Position numbers and translations under genes: made by a program. A stretch of DNA of 64,000 nucleotides from Malacoraja senta (lineage: Eukaryota). Position 1 is the first letter of the stretch; the number at the start of each line of letters is the position of its first letter. The notes beneath the pieces were generated by a model that saw only the letters and a list, made by a program, of their open reading frames with translations, made no database searches and was not told the origin of the DNA. The stretch covers positions 25,670,001-25,734,000 of the forward strand of contig CM075988.1 in NCBI GenBank assembly GCA_038087875.1, given 5' to 3'. Shown here one piece after another: positions 12,601-25,209 of this stretch.

Positions 12601-13650
12601 ACCCCCACTGCTCCCCCCACCCCACACCCCCACTGCTCCCCCCCACCCCACACCCCCCACTGCTCCCCCCACTGCTCCCCCCCACCCCACACCCCCCACT
12701 GCTCCCCCCACACCCCCACTGCTCCCCCCACCCCACACCCCCCACTGCTCCCCCCACACCCCCACTGCTCCCCCCCACCCCACACCCCCCACTGCTCCCC
12801 CCACTGCTCCCCCCCACCCACACCCCCCACTGCTCCCCCCACACCCCCACTGCTCCCCCCACCCCACACCCCCCACTGCTCCCCCCACTGCTCCCCCCCA
12901 CCCCACACCCCCCACTGCTCCCCCCACACCCCCACTGCTCCCCCCCACCCCACACCCCCCACTGCTCCCCCCACACCCCCACTGCTCCCCCCACCCCACA
13001 CCCCCCACTGCTCCCCCCACTGCTCCCCCCACACCCCACTGCTCCCCCCCACCCACACCCCCCACTGCTCCCCCCACTGTTCCCTCCCCACACCCCCCCA
13101 CTGCTCCCCCACACCCCCCACTGCTCCCCCCCACCCCACACACCCCCACTGCTCCCCACACACCCCCCACTGCTCCCCCACACCCCCCACTGCTCCCCCC
13201 ACACCCCCCACTGCTCCCCCACACCCCCCACTGTTCCCTCCCCACACTCCCCACTGCTCCCCCCCATGCCACCACCCCCCCACACGGCTTCCCCCACCCC
13301 CCACTGTTCCCCCCCCCACACCCCCCACTGCTCCCCCACACCCCCCACTGCTCCCCCCCCACACCCCCCACTGTTCCCCCCCCACACCCCCCACTGTTCC
13401 CCCCCCCACACCCCCCACTGTTCCCTCCCCCCACACCCCCCACTGCTCCCCCACACCCCCCACTGTTCCCTCCCCCACACCCCCCACTGTTCCCTCCCCC
13501 CACACCCCCCACTGCTCCCCCCACCCCACACACCCCACACTGCTCCCCCACCCCATACCCCACACTGCTGCTCCCCCCCCACAAAACCCACACTCACTGC
13601 TCCCTACCCCACAGCTCCATACCCCCACCCCACACCACATTACCCCCCAC
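9647..13650. repeat. About 4-kb C-rich minisatellite, core CACACTGCTCCCC with variable C/A spacers
   Basis: Seen directly; explains the stop-free ORFs on both strands. Confidence 0.97.
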
Positions 13651-14644
13651 TCTCTAGGGCAACAGAGCGTGTGTGGAGGGGGGGGGTCTCAGGGTCGGGG
13701 GGGGGGGGTACACAGCAGCCATGTTGGAGATGTTGACTGTCGGGGGGTTATTTTCCACTCTCTCTGTAAACCGGGTTTTGATCTGTTGCTGAAGACAGGC
13801 AGCGGGGGCTGAAACACCCTCATTGTTTTACATAGGAAAGCATTAAACAAAGTAACATGTACCTGACTCACTATCCCATTGTAACAGTGAGGGGAGGGGG
13901 GGGGTGATGGGTCTCCGCTGAGCTAATGGCGTCTTGTTTAACCCTTCAACTGCTTTAGCTGTTGACATTGGATTATTATTTTAGATTTAATGTTACACTT
14001 ACAACAATAAACTAGACCTTTGATCTCCAATTAAGCTACAATTTTGCGCATCTGCAATTTTAGAGAGGAGACAGGAATCAGGCCATTCAGCCCATCGTCT
14101 ACCCTGCCATTCAATCATGGCTGATCTATCTTTCCCTCTCAACCCCAGTCTCCTGCCACTTCCCCATAGCCCCCGAAACCCGTACCAATCAAGAATCTCT
14201 GCCAATGAATGAATCTTCAGCTTCATTCAATGAAGATGAAAAGGCAGGTACTTATTAGCTGAGACACAGAATGTAAGAGTAGGGAGGTAACTGCTGAAAC
14301 ATTTACAACATTAGATAGGAACAGTTCTAGTCACTGCAAGATGCAATTGCATTAGAAAGGGCTCGGAGAAGATTTATGAAGATGTTGCCATAACTGGGAA
14401 ATTGTAACCATGGGGATGAACTAAGGGCTGTTTTATTTGGAACAGAAGAGGATAAATGGAAATGGAAACGGAATCATAATTGAGGTGATTAAAACTATGA
14501 GGGGGGGCCACACAAAATAAATAGAAGAAGTCCTCTTTGCTGTGCACAGTGATCATAAAGGAAGATTAAAGAGACATCAAATTCAAAGGATGAGAAGGCA
14601 GTTGAAAAGATTAACTTTCATGAGAAAGGGTGCCTGGTAGCAAG

Positions 14645-15537
14645 CTCAATGCTAGCATTTAATTCAAGAGGGCTAGAATACAAAATCAGATGTCATGCTG
14701 AGGCTTGATAAGGCCACTGGAGTATTGTGAGCAGTTTTGGGTCCCATATCTGAGGAAGGATGTGCTGGCTCTGGAGAGGGTCCAGCGGAGGTTTACAAGA
14801 ATGATCCCAGGGATGAGTGGGTTAACATATGATCAGTGTTTGTCGGCACTGGGGCCTTTACTCGCTGGAGTTTAGGAGGATGAGGGGGCACCTCATTGAA
14901 ACATACCGAATAATGAAAGGCATGGATAGAGTGGATGTGGAGAGGATGTTTCCACTGGTGGGAGAGTCGAGGACTAGAGGTCAGAGCCTCAGAATTAAAG
15001 GTTGTTCCTTTAAGAAGGAGATGAGGAGGAATTTCTTTGGTCAGAGGGTGGTGAATCTGTGGAATTCATTTCCACAGAATGCTGTGGAGACCAAGTCAAT
15101 GGATATTTTTAAGTCAGTGATAGATTGATTCTTGATTAGTGTGGGTGTCAGGGGGTATTTTTCATTTTTCACACAGAGAGTGGTGAATCTCTGGAACTCT
15201 CTGCCACAGAAGGTAGTCGAGGCCAGTTCATTGGCTATATTTAAGAGGGAGTTAGATGTGGCCCTTGTGTCTAAAGGGATCAGGGGGTATGGAGAGAAGG
15301 CAGGTACAGGATACTGAGTTGGATGATCAGCCATGATCATATTGAATGGCGGTGCAGGCTCGAAGGGCCGAATGGCCTACTCCTGCACCTATTTTCTATG
15401 TTTCTATGTTTCTATGTTATGGGGAGAAGGCAGGAGAATGGTGTTAAGAGCAAGAGATAGATCAGCTATAATTGAATGGCAGAGTGGGCTTGATGGGCCG
15501 AATGGCCTAATTCTGCTCCCATCACATGACCTTATGA
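14645..15537 (+). mobile_element. CR1 3' fragment with a second CR1 3' end nested at about 15159-15416
   Basis: GLYSLEFRRMRG...RVVNLWNS ORF. The inner copy ends in (tttctatg)n, then the host resumes at ttatggggagaagg. Confidence 0.9.
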
Positions 15538-16114
15538 AAGGGAGGTGAAGGAAGAATGTTCTTCCCATTATCAATGTGTAGTGGAAGAGCTCTGTCCTGC
15601 AGGATTATGGACCCAGTGGTTCAAGATATTTTATTCACTTCCCTCTAAAGGTTATTCAAGGACACGGGCCAAACGCATGCAGGTGGGACTAGTGTAGATG
15701 GGGCATGTTGGTCGGCATGGGCAAGTTAGGCCGAAGGGCCTGTGTGACTCTATGGCGATGGGATGCATTTAAGCACTTTATTATGACTGGCACTAACCTG
15801 ATGTTCTGTGACATATGAATGTTGTGCAACAATGGAATCTGTTTCTCAATCGGAAAGGGCAGCAGGATTCAGGAATACATTGTAGAGGGAATTGAATGAA
15901 TACCTGAAAAATGAGAAAAAATACAGACCTACTTGGAAATTTCAGGGGGGAAGGACAAATGGGACTACTCTTTCAGCTGGTGTAAACGGTCTTGTGCATT
16001 GCATAAAATTCCAGGAAAACAACGAATCCAAAAATAAAAATAGATGTTTTATTTTCCTTCTTCCAATCTCAGGATATCCAGGAGTGTGAAAGTGCGATTG
16101 TGAATGACATCATC

Positions 16115-16174
16115 ATGGACAAACAGAACAGAAACACTCCAGACCAAATGAAAAAGGCAAAGAAAACCTTTCAG
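16115..16174 (+). CDS. PHLDB1: PHLDB-family (LL5) gene, exon with probable start codon, MDKQNRNTPDQMKKAKKTFQ; full exon 16073-16174
   Basis: Polypyrimidine tract and AG at 16071-16072, ATG in strong context (ATCATGG), 20 codons, then CAG|GTAAAA donor in phase 0. It joins in frame to 18848. Length and MDxxNRN start resemble the human PHLDB1 N-terminus as recalled. Confidence 0.8.
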
Positions 16175-16798
16175 GTAAAACACATCAGTTTAAAGATTTT
16201 GGACATCTACATCTGGAGTGTATTAGCAGCACCCGGGTGTCAGGGGTCATGGGGAGGAGACAGGACAATGGGGTTCAGACAAAGATAGATTAGCCATGAT
16301 TGAATGACAGAGTAGACTTGATGGGCTGAATGGCCTAATTCTGCTGCTATCGCTTATGAACCTTTTATCTATTGGTGTATTTTAGTATGGGGGGAGGGGG
16401 GGCATTCCATGCCATTGCAGTGGGTGAGTTGGCAACAAACTGGTTTGTATTGAGTGTGAATGTAAGGCCACATTTTTTACTGTCCTTGAATTGCCATTCC
16501 GGCCCCATGGGTAGGATTCTGTTCTCAGGTTGTTGATTCCAGTCCTACTTTAGAGATTCAACCCTCTGACCAAGGTTGACACTCTCGTGTGGTTCTCATG
16601 AAAAGCAGTGTGTCTCAGGTGAAACCTTTCAGAAGAGAAGGTGCAAAAGATCTCAAACTCCTTCTGAGTGACTTGACCAACATGTTCGTCAGGCAGACTG
16701 AGTAGCAGATCCATAGGTTCATAGCACCATACACTGCGGAAACAGGCCCTTCAGCCCGCCACCCATGCTGCCCAAGATGCATCCCCATGCTATTCCTA

Positions 16799-16868
16799 TT
16801 TGTCCCAACATTTGTCCCAACATTTGTCCCAACATTTGTCCCAACATTTGTCCCAACATTTGTCCCAA
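16799..16868. repeat. 12-bp tandem repeat (TTTGTCCCAACA), about 6 units
   Basis: Seen directly, at the junction of a minus-strand CR1 tail and a SINE 3' half. Confidence 0.95.
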
Positions 16869-18847
16869 ATGTAAATAGTTCCTAGTGTGTGTAGGATAGT
16901 GTTAGTGTGCGGGGATCGCTGGTTGGTGCGGACTCGGTGGGCTGAAGGGCCTGTTTCCGCGCTGTATCTCTAAACTTAACTAAACTCTTATGAATGGGTG
17001 ATCAGCGGTCGGCGCAGACTCGGAGGGCCGAAGGGCCTGTTTCCTGCTGGATCTCTAAAAGCAGAAACGTATCTAATGTCACCTTGCATGCCCCCAGCGT
17101 TGAGGTTCATTCGGAACTTAATTCTGTGACATGCAAGTTGTTACTGGCTGGAGCTGTAGCCTTGGTTATATGATCATACTACCTCTGGAATGGGGTTTGA
17201 ACCCTTGACCTTCCAGATTAGAGGCAAGAATGTGACCCGCTGTGCCAGATAGATTGAATTGAGTGTGATTTCTGTCTACTTTGACTGAAGAAAAGCAGTG
17301 AGATTGCAATGGTGCCTGGTTAAATACAGCTATCAAAGCATTCCACACATGCCAGAGCTGATACTGTGAGATCAGTCGTCTGACTTTTGGAAGAACGGGT
17401 TACATGTACTGCCTATCTCTTAATCACTTTAGTGTGCAAGCTGCCAAACCGTGTTGAATGTAATTGGATAACATTAATCTTATTAGTGCAGTTTTGCCTT
17501 GACTGCTGCACTTTGGGAGATAGTGTGTCCCCAAGCTACTCATTATGGCAGACAAGTATCTCTCTGATCACAGTCTTTACTGCGCTCGCAAGAGACACTG
17601 ATTGGAAGATTCCTTACCCTTGTGTTTAAAACAAATTGCAGCTAGATATCTCTGCTTTTTCAGTTGAGCCTCCTGTGTTTTCAAACACTCCGCACCATTT
17701 ATCACACTTGTAAGAATAAAAATACATTGGTTTATAAGAAGCCTTTCGCAATCTGAGAATATCCTAGTAGACAAAAATGCTGGAGAAACTCAGCGGGTGA
17801 GGCAGCATCTATGGAGCCAAGGAAGAGGCGACGTTTCGGGTCGAGACCCTTCTTCAGACTAATGGGGGGGGGGTTGCGGCAAGCCAGTGAGAGGGGAAGC
17901 GAGCGAATGTACTTCCAGAAGGCTGCAACGTGAAGAGGGACTGATACAGGAAAAGGTGTTCAACAAGTGTGAAGAGCGAATGAGGAGAACGAGGGGAGGA
18001 TATTGCAGCATTAACATGTCACATTGTTGATGCTTTCGATAATTCAGAGTTGTATTTCAGCTCCAGAAAACTGCAGTCATGTTTGCTGTCCCTGCAGTGA
18101 GTCCCCAGTAAACTGTTATATTAAATGGAGCCAAGACAAACATCCTATTCACAAGCAAGATCACTTTTATAAACATATTGTGTCTATTGTTTATCAAAGG
18201 GTCTTATGTCTTGTGTAGAAACACCCGTCCTGTCGAGGTTGGCAGATCGGTCTTGTGCAACGTATCCAATTCTAGGGGCATGCTGAGAACATGTTGCTCC
18301 AGCAAGAGGGTTTAATACAGATCACATTGTCTCAGATTGAGGGAACTGCTATTTAGGACTCAGATTAAACATCTTCACTCTGGGGGTTGTGTGTCTTTGG
18401 AATTCTCCAAGTCAGAGGATGCTTGTTGAGTATGTTCAAATCTAAAACTAGTAAGTAACATTTTGGCAATTGGAGGATACTGGGATGAGTTGGGATATGG
18501 AGTTGAGATGATCCATTGAATGAGTCATAGAGTGAGACAGCATGAAAACAGGCCCTTGGTCCAACTTGCCCACACCGCCCAACATGCCTCATCTACACTA
18601 GTCCCACCTGCCCGTGCTTGGCCTCTAAACCTGTTCTATCCATGTACCTGTCCAAATATCTCTTAAATGTTATGCTAGTACCTGCCCCAACTACTTCCTC
18701 TGGCAGCTCGTTTCCATACACCCACCATCCTTAGTGCAAAATGAATGGTGTGAGGAGGTAAGGGTAATGGCATCTGCGACTAAGTCTTGCTCCTACGGTT
18801 CCAAGTGATTTGGCAAACATGAGTTGACCCTGTTCTTCTCCTGGCAG

Positions 18848-18971
18848 AATACTCCCCTGGACCTGATCGACACGGGCAAGGGGCTGAAGGTGCAGACGGA
18901 CAAGCCACACCTGGTCAGCCTGGGCAGTGGGAGGCTCAGCATCGCCATCACCTTGCTTCCCCTTGCAGAAG
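18848..18971 (+). CDS. PHLDB1: PHLDB-family coding exon, NTPLDLIDTGKGLKVQTDKPHLVSLGSGRLSIAITLLPLAE(G)
   Basis: ttcttctcctggcAG acceptor and AAG|GTAAGA donor, 124 nt, phase 0 to 1. Near-identical to recalled PHLDB1 PLDLIETGKGLKVQTDKPHLVSLGSGRLSTAITLLPLEEG. Paralog identity is less certain than family. Confidence 0.93.
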
Positions 18972-19372
18972 GTAAGAGACCGCTGGAGATTGGGTAACAA
19001 TGCCAGCACCCACTGGGGCATGGACTGAACACAGTTGCTGCCTGACCTGCTGGTATTTCCAACATTCCCCTCTGGTTCAGACTTCCAGCAACAGGGTGTG
19101 TTCTGCTTCTCACAGTGTGGATTGGTTACTCCACACTAACCGATGCAGTGCTTTATTATTAGAAGCTCTGCCTACTGCACTGTTCATATTATCACAACCC
19201 AGCTTGTGCTGTTAGTCTAATTGCCGCCACACAGCTGAAGCAACATGCTGTACTGTAAGTGTCTTTTAATAAACTCTGTTGTACCATGTTTGTGAGAATG
19301 ACTGGGTCATTTACACACAGGTCCATCTAGTTATTTATTTTTCTCCTCTCCCCTCTGTTCCCATTTTTCTCC

Positions 19373-19608
19373 TGTTTAAGAAGGAACTGCAGATGCTGGA
19401 AAATCAAAGGTAGACAAAAGTGCCGGAGAAACTCAGCGGGTGCAACAGCATCTATGGAGCGAAGGAAATAGGCAACGTTTCGGGCTGAAACCCTTCTTCA
19501 GTCTGACTGAAGTCTGAAGATGGGTTTCAGCCCAAAACGTTGCCTATTTCCTTTGCTCCATAGATGCTGCTGCACCCGCTGAGTTTCTCCAGCACTTTTG
19601 TCTACCTG
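19373..19608. mobile_element. Penelope-like terminal foldback, second subfamily (tgtttaagaagg end)
   Basis: Inverted arms of about 100 bp, 12-bp TSD ccatttttctcc (19361-19372 / 19609-19620). Confidence 0.85.
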
Positions 19609-19919
19609 CCATTTTTCTCCTCCTAGTTTCATCTCCTCCAGGTGGATCATTTGCAGTTAACAAACATTGACCATCTTTCACTGACGTTACCACTATTTCC
19701 ATCATGGTCTTTTACACAGACATATCCTTTGTTCTCCCATCTCTAATCCACGTTTATGGTTTTAGGTTTTCCTGGTCCTGATGGAAAAAAACATCTTAAC
19801 TGTTCTCTCTCTCTATATTATTCTTTCTTGACCTGCCGAGTATCATGTATGATCAGCCATGATTGAATGTAGTCTTGATGGGACGAATGGCCTAATTCTG
19901 CTCCACTCACTCATGAACA

Positions 19920-20540
19920 TGAAGAAGGTGGTCAATATCATCAAAGACCAGACCATGCTGGCTCCAATCTTATCTCATTACTTACCTTTGAGAAGAAGGT
20001 GCAGGAGCCTGAGAACAACTATTCCCAAGTTCAAGAATAGTTTCTTCCCATCAACATCAGGTTCCTGAACCATCCCGTACAACCCACCCCACAACCCAAC
20101 CTTCATATCAAACCACCATGGACTTTGGGTTTTAAAGGGCCTGCCCCACTTACGTGTCCATGGCACGCAAAGTACACAACCTCGTGGTCGCGTTGAGGTG
20201 CACGGGCATCGTGTGGCCGCGCGGGGCCGGTCCCACAAATGACGTCACCCGCTCCAGACGGCTGTGCGTACGCATGTAATCGCGCGTGACCTTCGCGGGA
20301 CCATCGCGGCTCAACGCGACCACGAGGTCGCGTAATTTGCGTGCCAAGGACATGTAAGTGGGACAGGCCTTTACGCTCTTTGGTTTTTGCGCCAACATGG
20401 TCTAGCGTACTTAGAATAATTGATCATTTATGGCACGTTTATTGTTGTTTGCATCTAATGCGCCTGTGAAGCTGCAGCCAGTAAGAATTCCATTGGTCTG
20501 GTCCATGGATATGACTAATACACACCCTTGACTTTGACTT
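19920..20540 (+). mobile_element. Rex1/Babar-type LINE 3' remnant interrupted by a MITE
   Basis: IIKDQ...RSLRTTIPKFKNSFFPS, homologous to the C-terminus of the 54745-55686 ORF. Confidence 0.7.
20136..20370. mobile_element. Palindromic MITE, PIF/Harbinger-like
   Basis: agggcctgccccacttacgtgtcc...ggacatgtaagtgggacaggcct, TAA/TTA flanks, CpG-rich. Confidence 0.75.
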
Positions 20541-20651
20541 GACCTCTTCTTCCAGTATTTGACAGTAAATTGGCCAATATCAGAGGGGGAAGGTTGCAAA
20601 ATCTTCCATGTCAAATAAAATGAAGCAAAGAAAGTAATAGATATATATAGG

Positions 20652-20855
20652 GTAGACAAAAATGCTGGAGAAACTCAGCGGGTGAGGCAGCATCTATGGA
20701 GCGAAGGAAATGGGCAACGTTTCGGGTCGAAACCCTTCTTCAACCCGAAACGTTGCCTATTCCCTTCGTTCCATAGATGCTGCCTTACCCGCTGAGTTTC
20801 TCCAGCATTTTTGTCTACCTTCGATTTTCCAGCATCTGCAGTTCTTTCTTAAACA
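20652..20855. mobile_element. Penelope-like terminal foldback, second subfamily
   Basis: ggtagacaaaaatgctggag...ctccagcatttttgtctacc inverted arms, AT-rich duplicated flank. Confidence 0.85.
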
Positions 20856-22257
20856 ATAAATATATATATATGCCACTTCCAGCAGATTGAAGTTGTTGCT
20901 TGCTATCTTTGCTGAACGATGGTATTCAGGCCAGAAGCTTAAGTGAGCTGCTGAGTTTTGTCAGAGCGTATCTGAGGGTATTTTAAAATTGAGTTTTGGA
21001 AAGAATGACAAGCATCTTGCTGGACGTCTTATTGTCCGTTCCTGAGGCCTGCCTTTGCTCCAAAGGAAACGGATTTGTGCTGGAACTGGGGATTAAGGAT
21101 CAGATTAAATTTCCCCGGAAAGGCTGTGCTGAGACAGATAACACACTGTCTGCTCACAGCCTGCAGCCCCAACTCTGCGCAGTAGACCCAGCAACCTGCT
21201 GAGTGTGGTCACTGTAGAGGTCATTTGTTCCAATTGAGCCCCACTTTTATCAACTAAATTACGGACATTTTCAGAACTGCATCACGGTTAAGTTTCGATC
21301 TGGTGCATTTCCCCCTCCCCCTCCTCCCTCCCACCCCTCTCCCTTGCAAGTGAAGGTGTGAGGTAAGTGGCTTCAGTGTGTTTTAGACACATGAGGTTCT
21401 TGCCCCTGCCCACATTTGGTGGGAGTGAGCAGCTGATTGCTGAGCCCTTGGGATTCTGCGTTATATTTTCACAGCGGGCTGCAAAAGTACCGCTGAGCAC
21501 ACTCCAGCTGAGCAGCACTGTCACCTTTGCTTGCTCGGTGACTTCCTCATCAGTCATCCTGCTTCCCCTGCCGTCCTGTGTCTCTGAACCGCAGCCTCGA
21601 CTGTCCCCTGAGGTGATGCGGACAATATCACTGCACTGACATGAGGAACTGCAGATGCTGCTTTACCAAAAAGGGCACAAAGTGCTGGAGTAACTCAGCA
21701 GGTCAGGCAGCATCTCTGGAGAAAAGGAATAGGTGACATTTCAGATCGAGAGGGTCTAGAGAAGGGTCTCGACCCTAAACGTCACCTCCTCCTTCTATCC
21801 AGAGATGCTGCCTAACCCACTGAGTTACTCCGGCCTTTCGTGTTTATTTGCAGTAATGACTGGTGAAGCACGCGTGAGATTTTCCTTCTCTCTCTCTTTC
21901 TCCCGTGTCTCTTTCTTTCGGTCTGTGTCTTTCTCTCGTTCTACTCTCTCTCATATATTCTCTCCCTTTTCCCACGGGCAACCTCTGGTCGACGCGGACT
22001 CAGTGGGCCGGAGGGCCTGTTTCCACGCTGCATCTCTAAACTAAACTAGAGTAAACTAAATACTTCCTCTTCCCCAACATACTTTCTTTCCTCATCCTTC
22101 CTCTCCATCTCTATCTCCCAACACTGTCTTCTCTTCCCTTTTCTCTCCAATGCAAATGTGTGCATTTTTCCATAGTTGTGAATATATTTTTGTGGTTTGC
22201 ACATTAATTCCCCTGGCTGTGTGCCTGTGTGTGTGTGTGTGTGCCTGTGTGTGCCTG

Positions 22258-22297
<40 letters not shown>

Positions 22298-22330
22298 ACA
22301 CTGTGTAGTGTTATGTATCTGGACGTGTTA

Positions 22331-23317
22331 TGGACACGCTAGAGGCAGGAAACATGCTCCCGATGTTGGGGGAGTCCAGAACCAGGGGCCACAGTTTAGA
22401 ATAAGGAGTAGGCCATTTGGAACGGAGACGAGGAAACACTTTTTCTCACAGAGAGTGGTGAGTCTGTGGAATTCTCTGCCTCAGAGGGCGGTGGAGGCAG
22501 GTTCTCTGGATACTTTCAAGAGAGAGCTAGATAGGGCTCTTAAAAATAGCGGAGTCAGGGGATAGTATAGGATTTGAGTATAGGAGCAGGGAGGTTCTAC
22601 TGCAGTTGTACAGGGTCTTGGTGAGACCACACCTGGAGTATTGCGTACAGTTTTGGTCTCCAAATCTGAGGAAGGACATTATTGCCATAGAGGGAGTGCA
22701 GAGAAGGTTCACCAGACTGATTCCTGGGATGTCAGGACTGTCTTATGAAGAAAGACTGGATAGACTTGGTTTATACTCTCTAGAATTTAGGAGATTGAGA
22801 GGGGATCTTATAGAAACTTACAAAATTCTTAAGGGGTTGGACAGGCTAGATGCAGGAAGATTGCTCCCGATGTTGGGGAAGTCCAGGACAAGGGGTCACA
22901 GCTTAAGGATAAGGGGGAAATCCTTTAAAACCGAGATGAGAAGAACTTTTTTCACACAGAGAGTGGTGAATCTCTGGAACTCTCTGCCACAGAGGGTAGT
23001 CGAGGCCAGTTCATTGGCTATATTTAAGAGGGAGCTAGATGTGGCCCTTGTGGCTAAAGGGATCAGAGGGTATGGAGAGAAGGCAGGTACGGGATACTGA
23101 GTTGGATGATCAGCCATGATCATATTGAATGGCGGTGCAGGCTCGAAGGGCCGAATGGCCTACTCCTGCACCTAATTTCTATGTTTCTATGTTTCTATGA
23201 TAGGGGGAGAAGGCAGGAATGGGGTACTGATTGGGGATGATCAGCCATGATCACATTGAATGACAGTGCTGGATCAAAGGGTCAAATGGCCTACTCCTGC
23301 ACCTATTGTCTATTGTA
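22331..23317 (+). mobile_element. CR1 (tattgtc-tail subfamily) 3' fragment, host of a nested CR1
   Basis: ...RELDRALKNSGVRG is interrupted at 22564 and resumes at 23200 through the 3' UTR. Confidence 0.88.
22570..23199 (+). mobile_element. Young 5'-truncated CR1/HER1-type LINE (tttctatg tail)
   Basis: Intact ORF2 C-terminus VRPHLEYCVQFWSP...GYGEKAGTGY, 3' UTR and 8-mer tail. Confidence 0.95.
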
Positions 23318-23989
23318 TCAGCGTGCGAGTGTGTGTGAGTGTGTGTGCGTACAGTAGTGGGTAATGCATGTATCAACATCTGCAGTTGCACACTTGTACG
23401 TATGCATGTGTCATTCTGTTTGTCCAGGTATCTGGAGTCATGGAAAGTGTGAAGATGTATTACTTTAGCTTGTGGTTTTGAACCGACTTTTCAGGAGCTT
23501 AATCCTTTAAATACCCTTCCCTGGCAATGAACCCCGATGTGAAACCCTGTAAAATACAAAAGAGGAAATGTTGTGCTGCCTGGTTTGAATTTCTCCCTGG
23601 ATCTCCGGTTGCGACCCAGCTCTCTGTCAGCACAGCTGTCGATGGAACGGGAGGTGATCATGTGGAACTGCTGCCTTCCGTCACTAAAGCCAGGCTCCAT
23701 GCACAGTGTTACACGCGGGGCTGAGGAGGGAACTCATCCGCTACAGAATGCACACTGGCCTGAACGGAACTGACTCCCAAAATAGTTCATGCCGAGATCT
23801 TGCAGCTTCATGTACCAAGGTCGGAAATAGAGGCTTGAAGATTATGTCAAATCTCTTTGATCTCTGTTGCCATCGGAGTGAGTGAGAGTTAGAAAGACTC
23901 ATATTTGTAAACCAGCATCTGCAGTTCCTTGTTTCTCAAACTCGTACTTCCAGTGTAGATTTTATTCATCCCCGGATTCCCATCAGTTT

Positions 23990-24300
23990 GGGCAGCACGG
24001 TGGCGCAGCGGTAGAGTTGCTGCCTTACAGCGCCGGTGATCGACCTGGGTTCGATCATGACTATGGGTGCTGTTTGTGTGGAGTTCGAACGTTCTCCCTG
24101 TGACCGCGTGGGTTTTCTCCGGGTGTTCCGGTTTCCTCCCACACTCCAAAGACGTGCGGGTTTGTAGGTTAATTGGCTTCTGTAAATTGTAAAGACAATT
24201 GCCCCTGGTGTGTAGGTTCGTGGACGGGGTGATCGCTGATCGGCACGGAGCAGGTGGACTGAAGAACCCGTTTCCGCGCTGTATCCCTAAAGTCTAAACT
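23990..24300 (+). mobile_element. HE1-like V-SINE, full length
   Basis: A/B boxes, core, CR1-like tail and taaact end. Confidence 0.9.
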
Positions 24301-25209
24301 ACGGCCAGATATTGTAATAGTGAACATCATTCAAAACTACTTTAGTGACTGTAAATCTGTTGGGGATGTAAGTACTGCACAAAATGAAAGATGGGATGGA
24401 GAGCTTCTTTCTTGGAATTACGTGACACGTTTTGAAAACAATTGCTGGAACCCAACAAATAGCCCAGTTGGTGTCATATTCCCCACGACACACTGACGGC
24501 CAGTAACAAAATTAACATCAGTTCATAGGTTCTAGGAGCAAAAGTAGGCCGTTCGGCCCATCAAGTCTACCATTCAATCATGGCTGATCTATCTTTCCGT
24601 ACCAACCCCATTCTCCTGCCTTCTCCCCATAACCCCTGACACCTGCACCATCAAGAATCTGTCTATCTCCGCCCCATTGACTTGTCCTCCACAGCCGCCT
24701 GTGGCAATGAATTCCACAGATTCCTATCAGGCAAGTATGAGTAGCCACTTCTTTCTTTGCCTGTGGTACTGAGAATGGCAGACGATTGTTACCCGGAAAT
24801 TGCAGGGTTATTTTTGTACATTTCCATAAAACCACGTTGTTAAACTTTTCAATTTCTGTCCTTTGTTGCAATATGTCAACCACATACTGACTGTTGATTT
24901 ATTAAAGCCCAATGGCAACTTGTAACTAATCCTATCTCTTTCTAGTCAATCTTTTTTTAACCGCGGTCTATTTTTAAAGTGGTGTCTGGCGTGTATTGTG
25001 TGAAGAGGTCAGATCTGCATACGGGACTTTCCAATACCTCACTCATGCCACTGTTCAATGAGTAGACTGTTCATATGGAATCTATGTTTTCTAAAGACCA
25101 AATTCAATTAAGTCCCTAGCCTATTGTATTTTGTTTTATGTAAAGCAGCATCCACAGCTCCATGTTTTTCCTTGTCGCTACATTCAGTTTTGAACTGAAT
25201 TGGCTGAAC

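Noticed and set aside
9484..13812. 1300-1440 aa Pro/His/Thr-rich and Gly-rich ORFs
   Set aside because: Long ORFs in all frames arise because the C-rich repeat has almost no stop codons; no evidence of coding.
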